A DNA stretch of 62,932 nt, filler included, from Platydemus manokwari (Eukaryota), in assembly GCA_037951405.1 (NCBI GenBank). It is 6 parts of 6 records of this genome, joined end to end, with 100 filler letters (N's around TTAATTAATTAA, not from the genome) between each part and the next. Parts side by side here need not be neighbours in the genome. Positions count along the whole stretch, not along the records: positions 9,310 to 19,022 come from JBBMOY011214322.1; positions 19,123 to 30,819 come from JBBMOY010435555.1; 4 more parts are not named here. One strand, 5' to 3'. Under the pieces are notes generated by a model that was not told where the DNA came from, ran no database searches, and saw only the letters and a list, made by a program, of their open reading frames with translations. The position numbers and the translations under genes were made by a program. Below, piece after piece: positions 14,845 through 26,862 of the stretch. Each line of letters begins with the position of its first letter. Position 1 is the stretch's first letter.

Positions 14845-16032
14845 TTACGGGGATAATTTTGCAACTTTATGATTATCGAAACTGCTGATGTTGGTAAGGG
14901 TACATTGCCGTAGACTTGTGAATCTGGTACTCGCTCTGTTTATCAGATGATTGTTTTCTTTACATTTCAATAAACACCAAAGAGATTGTCTGAATTTGTT
15001 TCCGACCAGACAATAAACGATTATATTGATGCTGGAATTGAGAATAACGCAAATATTTGAAACTGAGACCAGAGAATTCCATGAATCCGAATGAACGAAA
15101 GTGCTTTCGGTCGAGTGAATGGATTCCACAATGCTCGTAGTCAATGGCAACAATCCCAAAGCATAAAACATAACAACAATAGCTACAGGTATTTGAGTTC
15201 TTTTAATTTCTCTGAAATGGCTCTGGGTCATCTTCGCCCGTTCAAGATGTGACGTCCGAATTGTACAGAGAATATTGATATTTGTAAATGATATTAATAA
15301 TACTGGAGTAACAAAAACAAAACAAGTATAGAAAAATGCCCCATAAATATAGCGATAATATGTATTGAGACCCAATTCTGATTTTCGAAACGATATTCGA
15401 ACGATTTCGGAAGAATTGGCATTTACTGATCGATCTCTGTTAGTTGAGTTGCAATTCTTGTCAGACATATTCATTGGACAGAGTTCGATTTCCCACCATC
15501 GTGGGATGTTGTATAGAATTGAGAGAATATATATGGTTGAGATAGCCCATAAACACAACGAAGGTTTTCGAGTGAAATAGATCTTTGATTTTTTGAATGG
15601 TCGACAAATTGCCGCCCAACGATCAAAGGATATCAATATCGTCAAATAAACCGAAATCATTTGAAACGAGATCATCAATGGCCATAAACTTACAACAAGA
15701 TAACCTTCAATGATGTACCATTGGAGAAATGCCGACCATTTCGTGAAGATGAATAAGTTTGTCAAAACATTCCCAAAGAAGTTTAGAATCAAGATCACAG
15801 AATCTGCCACCATCAATGAAATGAGAATAGAATAAAGATTGCATTGACTACTACAACCCACAAGCTTTGTCAGCACACAAATCGCCAAAACGTTACCGGT
15901 TAATCCGATAATGGTCAAAATCGGAGTTAAAATGATTCCAAATATATACGAAATCTGTTCGGAAATGCTATAAGATGTTCCCGATAAATATAAATCATGG
16001 ATATTTCTGAAATTGGAAATGTTGTTAGACAT
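14845..16032 (-). CDS. Intronless rhodopsin-class peptide GPCR, FMRFamide-receptor-like
   Basis: Long ORF with seven hydrophobic segments and family motifs IGLTGNVLAICVL (TM1), SLMVADSVIL (TM2), ISVYLTILISFDRWAAICRPF (TM3), LYNIPRWWE (TM4) and LNSSINIIVYCLVGNKFRQ (TM7/helix 8). The ORF-track start at 16104 is a GTG; the first ATG is at 16032 (MSNNIS, with an N-glycosylation site). Confidence 0.93.
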   Translation of the reverse strand: MSNNISNFRNIHDLYLSGTSYSISEQISYIFGIILTPILTIIGLTGNVLAICVLTKLVGCSSQCNLYSILISLMVADSVILILNFFGNVLTNLFIFTKWSAFLQWYIIEGYLVVSLWPLMISFQMISVYLTILISFDRWAAICRPFKKSKIYFTRKPSLCLWAISTIYILSILYNIPRWWEIELCPMNMSDKNCNSTNRDRSVNANSSEIVRISFRKSELGLNTYYRYIYGAFFYTCFVFVTPVLLISFTNINILCTIRTSHLERAKMTQSHFREIKRTQIPVAIVVMFYALGLLPLTTSIVESIHSTESTFVHSDSWNSLVSVSNICVILNSSINIIVYCLVGNKFRQSLWCLLKCKENNHLINRASTRFTSLRQCTLTNISSFDNHKVAKLSP

Positions 16033-18910
16033 GAATGATTTGAAAATAATGAAAATTTTATTTATATCTGTTTTGATTGGTCGAAATTGAGTAGATTTGT
16101 ACACTTTAAACTGCGAATAAACTATTGCAAATAGATCAACGATATTATCTGGTTTTCATTTCATATAAAAACACATGAATTCCTTTCTTGGCTATTTAGG
16201 ACATGTGTTCATTATTGGTGTTAAGATTTTCGAAAATCTAGCCATCTATCCAAATGACAGATTGCATATTGTTGTACGAAATTATGATGATTTTCATTAA
16301 TAAATTAATGGAATTTTTTTCGTGTTCTTTAATTATACTTGTCTTGTGTTGGTCTTGTAATAGTTCTGAGAGTTCCAGTGGGTACTGCATTGATATAATG
16401 GTTTGATAGTCTTTTCTACTCGTGAGTATCACCCATTGATGGATTCGTAGAAACTTATATATTATATTCACTTTCAATATCATTCACCATTTATCTGTGA
16501 CCATCCCGTAAGTGTAACTAAGTAACCTTAACCACTAATTCAGACACCTGTAATCGATAAACTTATTCCTTTGAAAGACTGCATCATTCTGCCAGGCAAA
16601 AGTATCTCAAAATCCTATGTTTATGAAATAAATATTTATTATCAATATAAATATTTACCAAAATTCTTAGTTATTTATTTATTTATTTTAAATATCCAAT
16701 CAAAAACCATCAAAAAAATTATTTTATTATAAATGAATTTATTATAATATTTAAATCAAAAGGAATGTTTTATTTTAGAAATCTTTAATGATCTGCATAA
16801 ATTAGGAAAAAAAAGGAAATTGATTTTTGGAAAGATCAGAATATACAAGTGACTTTTTGCAATATTTTTGTGCTCTTTAGAGTTTTGCAAATTTTATTTT
16901 ATCAACATTCAGTGATAATATGTAATTCACTACTATTATGATTGATAAGAGTTTATTTTGATTAATGATGTGATATTATTATGTGAGATATGCTGATATG
17001 GAATCCAAACCAAGTGAAATGTGCAGGCATATGTGAGATATATTGCTGTATTTTCGAATCTAGTAATGAAAATTGATTCTATCATCTTTTATTAAACCCG
17101 TTTATCCATAGATAGCCAATTGTAAATTCTAGCGGTTTACTCAATAAACGATCAATATATTATTGTGCCGTGTTTTATTGTGCTATCTGAGGATTAGACT
17201 TAATTGGTCTTTGGTATATGGGGTTTGATTGATCTCGAGTAGGATTTAGGTTTACAACATGAAAGAATGAAATAATATGCAAATAAAAATATGCTCATTG
17301 TTAGTAGCGGCTACTTCGCTTGTAATTGATGTTTCAACAGAAGAACTCATTTTCTTAAAATTTATCTAATGCAACCTTAATACAATTTTCTAAACAAAGT
17401 ATAATTCCGGAAAGTTTCAATATCAATGCTAATCAGGTCAATATATAACAATATTAAATTAATTTTAAATTATCTTATTTTATATAATAAATTTTAAAGC
17501 ACTGTTTTTAAAATTTATTATCTTATTATTATATCAAGTAATTTTCTTTAAAATCACTATTTAAAATAATAATTTTAAAATTCCAAAACTATTTGAAATT
17601 ATTTTGAAATTTTAAAATTATTATCATTTAATTAAAATTAATGCTCACACTCATTTAACAATAAGTCAAGCAAATAAAACTGCAATGACAAACAAAAATT
17701 AATAATGATATCAATGAATAATAAGGTTACTTCATAATCAATAATTTATTACTAAGTTTAAATTTTATTCGATTTGCAAAGTTATACGTATGATACTTGT
17801 CCTCGAACAAAAGTCATATCGCTAGTGTTTTGATTTTAAAGTACTGATTTTTAATTTTGACATAATTAAATAAAATATAAATTTATTTAAAAACGATAAT
17901 TTATTTAAATATTGCAGTTAAATGCGCTTATTGAGCTGACTCCGAAAAGCGTTTACAATGCACTTACAGTTGTAGAGCATCACTACAGACTGTACAACTT
18001 ATATCATCAGGTGGAGAATTTAAGATTGATTAACTTAGTGAATATTATTCTTGCTAGGTATAAGAATCAGATAACTCGTCTGTGATGATTGTCAGGGATA
18101 TAAATAGGCTAATTTTTGAAGGGTGTACGAAGTATATGAATCTTTTAATATGATTTGTGGATGTAGGCGCTTAGGTTATTCACAAAGAGCAAAAGACTCT
18201 GGCGAAAAATATTACAGATTGTGTTTCATTCATTTCCAATGCTTCGTCGTGGTGCCGTACCGAGTAAACTCTTGTTACTATAAAATATAGATGACTTTTG
18301 TTAATATTTATTAACAAGATCAATTTATTATTTTGATATTTTAAACGAAAACAACAATGAAAAGGATTTATCATAACAAGTTATTTATTATTTTATTTTA
18401 AAATTATAGTCGAAACTAGAATAATGAAATATTTATTTTATTCTAAAGATTCGTTTGAAATATTAATTATATCATTAATCATTCTTCTCCCACAGGTTAT
18501 TTTTATACAACGAAATCCATGCATTCTGTGTATAACTTTTGTCGATTTTTGAAATTATAATTCTTTCCGTATTTTTCTGTCAAGAAATAATTTTATGAAT
18601 GGATTGTATTACCAAATATTTGTGTTTTACGTGTGATCAACTTATATCCGTTAATATGATTTACAAGATTTCAATGGGAGTTATAGACTGGGATTGACCA
18701 ATCCTTGAGTATGTACCTTAATGTAGCTATGTGCTTTGCCAAATTGAAAATTTTATGTTATTCTGATTCTAACTGGTCGGTGATCGTGTCCGTATGATTG
18801 TGCAAGCATGTATGTATGTAAAATAATAAGACATGGATTCCAAGGAGTGTAATTTGCATGAAAATTTTCTATACTTAACAATATTAATAATGGATTATAT
18901 ATACATTATA

Positions 18911-19022
18911 TACCTCGCCTCTGTCTTTGAAACTAAAATAAAACGACAAAACACAATATAATTTATACTCACATATTTATACTCATTGATATTAATTATT
19001 ATTCACTGATTAATGTACTTTA
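18911..19022 (+). mobile_element. Second copy of the left end of the same Tc1/mariner element, cut by the gap
   Basis: Near-identical to 12820-12930 (AAACTAAAATAAA...TTATACTCACATATTTATACTCATTGATATTAATTATTATTCACT). Confidence 0.8.
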
Positions 19023-20209
19023 NNNNNNNNNNNNNNNNNNNNNNNNNNNNNNNNNNNNNNNNNNNNTTAATTAATTAANNNNNNNNNNNNNNNNNNNNNN
19101 NNNNNNNNNNNNNNNNNNNNNNTTTAATAAAAGCAATAAATAAAATTAATCATTTATAGCATAACATATATACATCATAATTCATTTATTCCAACGTTGA
19201 TTCATGACAGAAATCTGAATCTCTGCTCAATGTATGGGTTAATTTAATTAATTAATAATTTAAAATTTATTGTACGAGCTTCAGATCTAGTTGTATTGTG
19301 ATAGCGATAAATATCATCAACAAAAAGAGATGATATTTCAAATGAAATCTATTCTTCCATCAAAACAAAACGAGACTCATTGTTTTTCACACGAGCCTTT
19401 AATCAAAAACCAGTCAACCTGGTCTGACAATCTAACAGCTAATTGTTAGAATAGATTTTTATCACAGCGATTTATGTCAAGCTTAAAAATTATGAGCGGT
19501 ACAAGCATTTATGATGATTTTTCATTGTCGATTATCATTAATTTTGTTAACAGATAAAAAATGTGTGTCAAAATTATAAGCAAGTAAATTATAATTAGAA
19601 TAATAAAAATTAATTTTAAATTACAATGATTTCAGAAAATTAATTTAAAATTTGCGTGTATTTTCAGATTATTTTAAAATTATTATCTATTCATTGTTAC
19701 AGGATTTAAATCGAAATTGAAGATGTTATTTTGAAATTGGAGATTCAAATTTTATTTCAACTACAATATTACACTGAAGGTCACAAATTATTGTTTTAAT
19801 AAAATGTTTATCAATCAAGATTACTTTAAGCGAAGATATTCAAATGTGTTCAATTCTATTGTATTGTAAATTCTTCATAAAATTTAAGCCTTCAAATTAA
19901 ACCCCTGTCAAGACTTCCTAGTGTTTAACAAAGGTAATCACGAAAATCTCTTCAAAATTTTTAATTTTTAATGAGATAATTTATATAAGATAATTATGTT
20001 CGTATATTATTTAATTATCAAATATAATAAAACATTTAATCGTCGATGTCAATTTAATTATAATTTAAATTTTATTTTAATAATATTAAAACATATTTTA
20101 ACATCATCTTTGTGAGAATTTTAATATGAATTTATAATAAAATTATACAATAAAAAGTTGCTTTCAATGTCCATTAAGTGACCTTGGTGCATCCGGACAA
20201 ACAGTGTCA

Positions 20210-21205
20210 AGCTAAAGTTAAAAAAGGGTCCTAAAATAAAATTGTAAAATTGTGGAGTGTATTGCGAAAATCTATATAGATTATTTAATTAAATTCTTTA
20301 ATAACTTTTTGAATTTTTTTATTTTAGCACTTGAGTAAAATTTTAGTTATTTAGAATCAAATAATACATGCATAGGATTTTTAAAAGATCCTAAAAATTA
20401 ATTATTTGAAAAACGGGTCAAAGTAGGTCAAAATGCAATTAATTGAAAATTAGCGAGGACTCCTACATTTAACATTAGAAGCAATTGGAATGATAACTAA
20501 GATTTTTAGAGTTATTTTATAAAAAAGTGACTTCGAAATTATTGAGAAGTGCCAGGAACAAGGTACTTGTGTTTTCTCTCAAAATAAGTATATTAATATC
20601 TATTTAATATATTAGATACATAGATCCAAAACCTGTCGATGTTATGATAAAATGAAGATTTGATTAAAATCAAATAAATTGTACAGGTTAAGATGCCAAA
20701 AATATATAAATTTCGGAATTCAAATAGGGACTTGGTTCAACAATTCAGCCTTGTTCCTTTTCGACATTTTGAATAAAGAATTTTTGGTGCACGGGCTCAC
20801 ACAAAAAAATAATATTTAGGTTAATGATATCCATTAGTAAACTAATAGTCAAAAATGATGACAATTTTTGTTAAAATTAAACCAACAATTTAAAAATTAT
20901 TTGAGATACAACAAAATTTGTAGATTCCTCGTCAATGAAGAAATATCTTGCCACATAAATATATTTCCATCCCTAAGTAGTCATAGAAATTGTCGAGGAA
21001 TGTTTTGAAAGTACTAAAAAATAGTAGCGGCATCGAATACATGGTTTTTGATTGTTAGAGCTGAATTTTGGTTTTTTATCTAAAATTGAATTTTATGTAA
21101 AAATTTCATTAAAATATAATTAAAAATAAATTTTAATATCAAATAATTCATGAAAAGTCATTACTTCAAAATTGGGTCAAAAGACCCTTTTTCTTAACTT
21201 AAGCC
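20210..21205. mobile_element. ~1-kb non-autonomous DNA transposon with GG-terminal TIRs (consensus about GGCTWAAGTTAARAAAAGGGTC)
   Basis: Left end GCTAAAGTTAAAAAAGGGTCC, right end GACCCTTTTTCTTAACTTAAGCC. The interior is homologous, inverted, to 43866-44820. Superfamily unresolved (Mutator- or Merlin-like). Confidence 0.75.
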
Positions 21206-21730
21206 AAAAATTCTATTTTTGTAACCTTCTATGAACTTTAGCCTTTTAATTTACTACTGTTAAAATTTGATGACCAATTTCATCGTTTTGTTTCTAAAAG
21301 TATATAATCATAAATAACAGCAAACATTTTGTCTTTTCTAATCATTTTATTTTATTGGTCTTCATTAATCTGTCTAGAGTCCATCTTTCAACATCATTTT
21401 GGTATTTGTATTTTAAATGTTGCTTATTATTTTATCATAAACTTTATATATCAATGTCAAATCATTACACTTAACGCTCTGTTTTATCAAATGAAATATT
21501 TTATTATTACCTATAAAATTAATAAACATCTACATAAGATTAAGTAGTTATTTTTCGAATTTTCACACATTTTATAAATATTCCGGATGATTAAAACAAA
21601 AAGATATTTAAAAGGAAATATCTTACAGATGATAAAAGAAAATTTAAATCTAACAGTCGAACACTGGAAACTTTTTATCAGTGATTTTTTTTTGCTCAGG
21701 AATTTGAGATTTGTTTAATTAATAGTAATC

Positions 21731-22588
21731 TCAACTGTCCGACTTTTGTCTTGGAGGTTTATTATGCTTGATATCATTCAATGAAATGCCATCAACAAAT
21801 CTCAAAATTGGCTCTCGTTGAACATTATTTTCATCAATTATTACTGATTCATATTCTGGTTCCTTGGGGATTTGGGAAATAGAATATTTTCCTGGTTTAA
21901 TTATTGGTAGACTTTGTTTTTTCGATTCAGATGAATTGTGAAAAAGTCTTTCATTATTCTGAATGACGTGTTTTATGAAGTTTTGTTGGACGTTTTTAAT
22001 TCGTTTCCCATGTTTCCTCTTAAAATCAGTGTGTTTTACGAGCATATGCCGTCGCTTGGTTTTCTTTTTCACATCCTTTTCGATTTCGTCTTTCATATAG
22101 TTCATGACGTAATTTTTCATTTTACGGAAATACTCTTGATTGGAAACTGTATCCGAAAAAATCCGACTTAGTTTTATTCTTTTAAGAGATTTATCACGGG
22201 CCGGATTAGATATTGATTTACAATGGTTCTCTAATAATAATTGGTGATTGTTTGATGTTTGATTTGCTATTAAATCATAATGTAAATTCATTTTCTCTTT
22301 CTCTATGAGCATATTTGATATTTCCAATTGTAAGTATATCTTATCATTGTCTTTATTGATATTGCTCAAACAGACTTTTCGACGACCGAGAAAGATATCG
22401 GATAAAATTGTACCGAGTTCGTTATCATTGGAATCGTTGATTTGTGATGGTTCACTCAATTTTTTGGTATCGTTTGATACGTTTTCGGCAATGGGTTGGG
22501 GTGTTATTTGTGCTGGAAATGATATTCGATAGGATTTTGATAAACGTTTTCGACACAGCGTTTTCGTTCGGGTTTTCATTATACCCAT
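21731..22588 (-). CDS. Uncharacterised single-exon, Lys/Arg-rich 285-aa protein
   Basis: 858-nt ATG-to-stop ORF in very AT-rich DNA, unlikely by chance, with protein-like composition. No domain recognised. Confidence 0.65.
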   Translation of the reverse strand: MGIMKTRTKTLCRKRLSKSYRISFPAQITPQPIAENVSNDTKKLSEPSQINDSNDNELGTILSDIFLGRRKVCLSNINKDNDKIYLQLEISNMLIEKEKMNLHYDLIANQTSNNHQLLLENHCKSISNPARDKSLKRIKLSRIFSDTVSNQEYFRKMKNYVMNYMKDEIEKDVKKKTKRRHMLVKHTDFKRKHGKRIKNVQQNFIKHVIQNNERLFHNSSESKKQSLPIIKPGKYSISQIPKEPEYESVIIDENNVQREPILRFVDGISLNDIKHNKPPRQKSDS

Positions 22589-23091
22589 AATTAAATTAAT
22601 GATTTTTGAATATTGATAAAATATAATTCAATTGGTTCTACATAGATTGTAAGCAATTATATTAATTCATTAACCAAAGAAATCTTGAACAAAACTAAAA
22701 GCATTATTATAGCGAAACAATAATTAAATTAACATTAGAAATTTTCTGATTTTTCATCAAATATTAAGTAGTAGATAATGAGAATGAAAATTAATTCGAT
22801 TTCTGAACAAGTGATGACAACGAATTATGAGGATTTTAGATTTTAATAATAAATCATTTGAATAAAAGAATAAGAAAAATTTTAAAAGATAACATATTCA
22901 CAAATATCATTTCGAAAAATGCAAAACATATATTTGTTGAGTCAACATCAGCAAATGTTTAAGTTGCCATTTACATTTGTTGACAAGGTCGATCAATAAT
23001 TTGAAATATTACAATGTCAACACATTGCTCTATAGTAATAATATTCTTAAAAAAAATTAGCTGAGTTTACTTTATTGTATCTATACAAGAT

Positions 23092-23595
23092 AAAAATTTT
23101 AAAAGATATTATTTTATATAAAATTATATTAATTTGTTTATATAATTGTATTGAAATATGTAATTTGGAACCGTGGTTGTTCAGTTCGTTTTCGATGAGT
23201 GTTTTATAAAACAGTAGCTACTTACATGGAGACCACAGATTTGGTTTGGATCCTGAGAAAATCAATAACTGAAAATTATAGAAAAGAAAAAAGATGTTGA
23301 GACTTTATTGAGAATATGTAGAGAATATATAAAGAAGATAGGAGAATTCGAGATTTTTAGGTAAATAAATATGTAGAGCATTGGATTAAAAGTCAATTAA
23401 AAATACAAAGAAAAATCAAAGATTTTAAAAAAAGAAGGATGTCAGAATTTTTCAATGCATTAAATTTTTAAAAGAATTAATTTTTTCTAAACTTATATTA
23501 ATTTATTTATATAATTGTATTTTAATATACAATTTGGAGTCGTGATTTTTCGGTTTGTTTTCGATATCTGTTTTACAAAACTGTGACGGCTTACA
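23092..23595. repeat. Pair of ~135-bp diverged direct repeats, 369 bp apart
   Basis: 23092-23226 and 23461-23595 share TTATATTAATTT.TTTATATAATTGTATT..AATAT..AATTTGGA..CGTG...TTTTCGAT..TGTTTTA.AAAAC.GT...CTTACA. Confidence 0.75.
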
Positions 23596-24697
23596 AAGTA
23601 TTTAATCTTTATTTACAATACAGAATTGTTGATAAACATCAACATCATTCATAAATTAATATATATAAGGCAATTCTATTCAAGCACATTTAATAAAAAC
23701 AAAAATAAATAATATAATAGTAATTAAAAATACTAATCAAATATAAATGTGTAATTTATGATTTTGTACAACTAATGATCCTTCAGATTCAATCGCTAAT
23801 GTTGGTCCATCTCAGTGTGAAAGGAATCCGTAAGAAAATAATTTTAAAATGATAGATCAATGATTTAATAGTAGATTCCTGTTATGAAATAACACAAGTC
23901 GAAAGATTAAAAATATAATTTACCACGTGAGAGGAATATTAAAAATCAATTATTAGTAGAAATATTAATTATGAATTATTTTTATATATTAATATATTAT
24001 AAATTATAAATTAATATAGTATAAATTAATACATGTATATATAATTATAAATGTTATTTAATATGATTCTGATCAGGACGGGCATCATTTAAAATTCTCT
24101 GGAATATATTTTGATGAATATAAAATGTGTATAAAAATTTGTTTATTGGAAATACTTTCCGGTAGCCATATTTATATTTTATTTAGATAATTTGAATGAT
24201 TTAGCTACCTCTAACTTCAAATGTGGGATGATATTCCGTGGTGAATTGGAGTTACAATTAGTGCTTCATTTGTAAATTCAATATCTAATATTGCGATAAG
24301 GAATCCTGGAGCTCAATATAAATGCTTTACTACAATTTTTTTAAGATTATATTATATTTATCTGATTAATTTTCTGGATCGTATTCGTTCGTTCGTGTAA
24401 CGAGTGGTTATTTTCAGTGATTATTTGCTGTTTCAATTTAGTGCGATTAAGTCGGATTTGTAGTGTTTATCAGTTATCAACGTGATTGCATCTCTAGTAA
24501 AGTATATTAATATGTAGATTTCTTGTTAATTAAACCATCGCTTTGTCGATAATAAATTTTGTATAACAGAATAATTGTTGACATCAAAAATCGAAGGTTG
24601 AAAACTTTATTTCTATAACACATGCTAATGAGCACAACTCTAAGACTTAACACAGTATCTAAGAAACACAATCAAAACTTAGCTTCCAACTGGCAGT

Positions 24698-25085
24698 TGG
24701 CCATCTTTACATCGGTATTTATAACCGAGATCTGTGTTCAATTTTTGTATCACGTATATATCACATTTTTATTTGATCTTTAATTTATCATATTTCTATT
24801 GGACTTGTTGGTTTTTTTATATTCGGGATTGGCCATGCCCATGTATCTATTACTGTGTGGCTATGTTCCTTTTTCAAAATATCGTTTTCTATCTAAGGCA
24901 CCCGTGATTGGTTGATTGTCATGTCTGTATGGTTGTGTAGACAGGTTAATGTTTAAAGTGCTAATTTTAGGATTGCAAGATGCAAAATCGTTTTTCCTTT
25001 GCAAGACTTCGTCTCTACACAACAATTTGAAATTTCTGCAATTTTTATAAATCATCCATTTCTTTTCTGCTATTTCATTCAAAGA
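24698..25085 (-). mobile_element. Dispersed repeat family, degenerate coding relic (probably a retroelement); related copies at ~27250-27550, ~28110-28220 and ~18600-18810
   Basis: Shared blocks GCATCTTTACATC.GT.TTTATA..GAGAT.TGTGT..AAT.TGTGTATCAC and CAAGATG.AAAATCGTTTTT..TTTGCAAGA.T.C.TCT; minus-strand frames interrupted by stops. Class not determined; nearby 24100-24330 has weak Penelope-RT-like traces (AILDIEF, KYGY). Confidence 0.55.
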
Positions 25086-26742
25086 CAAAATAATAAAACC
25101 TTAATAATAATATTACAAAGCGTTTTAATTTCGAAAGATGAATTATCTCAAAACTATTTAATAAAATGAAATCACTAACCACAAGATTTACTTAAGAACT
25201 GGTTTGTGATCATCCAAAATTCATGCGATATTTTGGTATTCCATCAATGATTTTTATTTGATAATATATGCGGGTATAAGCGTGTATTAATGTAGAACTA
25301 ATCCATTATTGTGAATAATTATTAATTAAATTAAAAGGTTTTAATGATAATTTTGTTAATCAATTGGTAGGATGTTGAGTGAGTATCAACGACCACGGAT
25401 CATGTGTGTTTTGATAGATTATTATAAAAGATTATTATATTATAGTAATAATAATTGCTAGTAATACTGATTGTGACAATAATAATTATATAAATGTTAA
25501 ATTTAATATTTATAATAATAAGATTATAATTATATTATACAAAATGATAATGAGGCATTTATATCTACAATTCTTCGCAGACAGGCATTTAATACATTAA
25601 TCGATCAAACGATACTTCAGTTATAATCAATATGTTTATATAATAATTGATTTCTTTCATAAGAGTCATATATAACTGTCGTTATTATCTCTATGCTCTT
25701 TGATCTACTGTGAGCCTTTGAAGCAGTCAAAGTGCCAAATGATTACATCTTCCAATTATTAATCAATATCAATATGATAGAAAATGTCTCTTTCATATTC
25801 TAATATTATCGCTTGTTGTGTTGAATAGTTTTATCGAAACCTTTGTTGAAAATTTTAATAAATAAATAATAATGATCAATATTTTTATATTTGCACAAAT
25901 CGATAATGACGTGTTAAGGAACTGAAATAATTTCAAAAATGACAAAAATATTGAAATATGAAACTTAATTTGAAAAAAAAAATTTTCTTCATAATTATTA
26001 AGAAGTGAAAATTTCGAATTTATTAATTTTAATTTTATTAAAGACCTGACTTGTTATCGATAAACCAGCTCAAACCAATGATTCATTTGGATGGTTTTAC
26101 GTGATTTTTCCTCAATGTTGACTCATTAATTCACTAGCTCAGATTCAAATTCTAATCGACAACGCTGTGATATTATTACCGATTTTTCCTTCTTGATGCG
26201 ATATGCATTATGTTATATAGTAGAATTGTTTTCTTTAAATAGTATTTTCGGTTAAACTATAAATAAATAAAACCGGTAAACTTTCATCCACAATAAGTTG
26301 GATTTATGAATGTTTCAACTTTATTAAACACTTCATTAAAACACAACTTTATTTTCTGTTGATTTTTGAATTAATCAAGCTCTAAATTGATAAAGAAATA
26401 TTTTGAATTTGTAATAAATACTCTTATCTCATGAATGGCGAAAATTAAGTTGTTTAAATAGCTGTTTATATAAATTTTCCTTTGGTTAACATCTATTAAT
26501 AGCCAATGATGTTTGACCTTGGAATTTTTCAAGATTAATTTTTTGTATTTTTAATATTCTTCACTGTTTATATTAGTGCGGCACATCTCAATCAATATCA
26601 TAGTGTTCACTTATGAATCACTGCATGTATTTTTATTAATATCATTAAATTGCCTTTGTCTTGATTCCACAATACCATGAATATTCATCCTGAAGAAAAA
26701 TAAGAAATTTCGATGAAAACTACAAGATTTATTATAAATCAT

Positions 26743-26862
26743 ATTCTAAAGCACTCAAATGTGAGAATATATTTTATAGTAATGGCTGATGCAGGTAGAT
26801 ATGCTATTGGTGCGGTTTTGGGATAACAAGACGAAGGAGAGAAAGATCACATTATTACTTAC
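26743..26862 (+). mobile_element. Ty3/gypsy LTR retrotransposon relic (RT connection / RNase H N-terminus)
   Basis: Translates ILKHSNVRIYFIVMADAGRYAIGAVLG-stop-QDEGEKDHIITY, matching the consensus IL.YPDF..PF.L.TDAS.YAIGAVLSQ....EHPIAY, with an in-frame stop. Confidence 0.8.

Noticed and set aside
14845-16032. GPCR nested in an anosmin intron
   Set aside because: An artificial spacer separates the two and no downstream anosmin exons were found.
16238-16483. Penelope GIY-YIG endonuclease relic (NIIYKF...GDT..KRLSNH across a frameshift)
   Set aside because: The similarity is too weak to call without a profile search.
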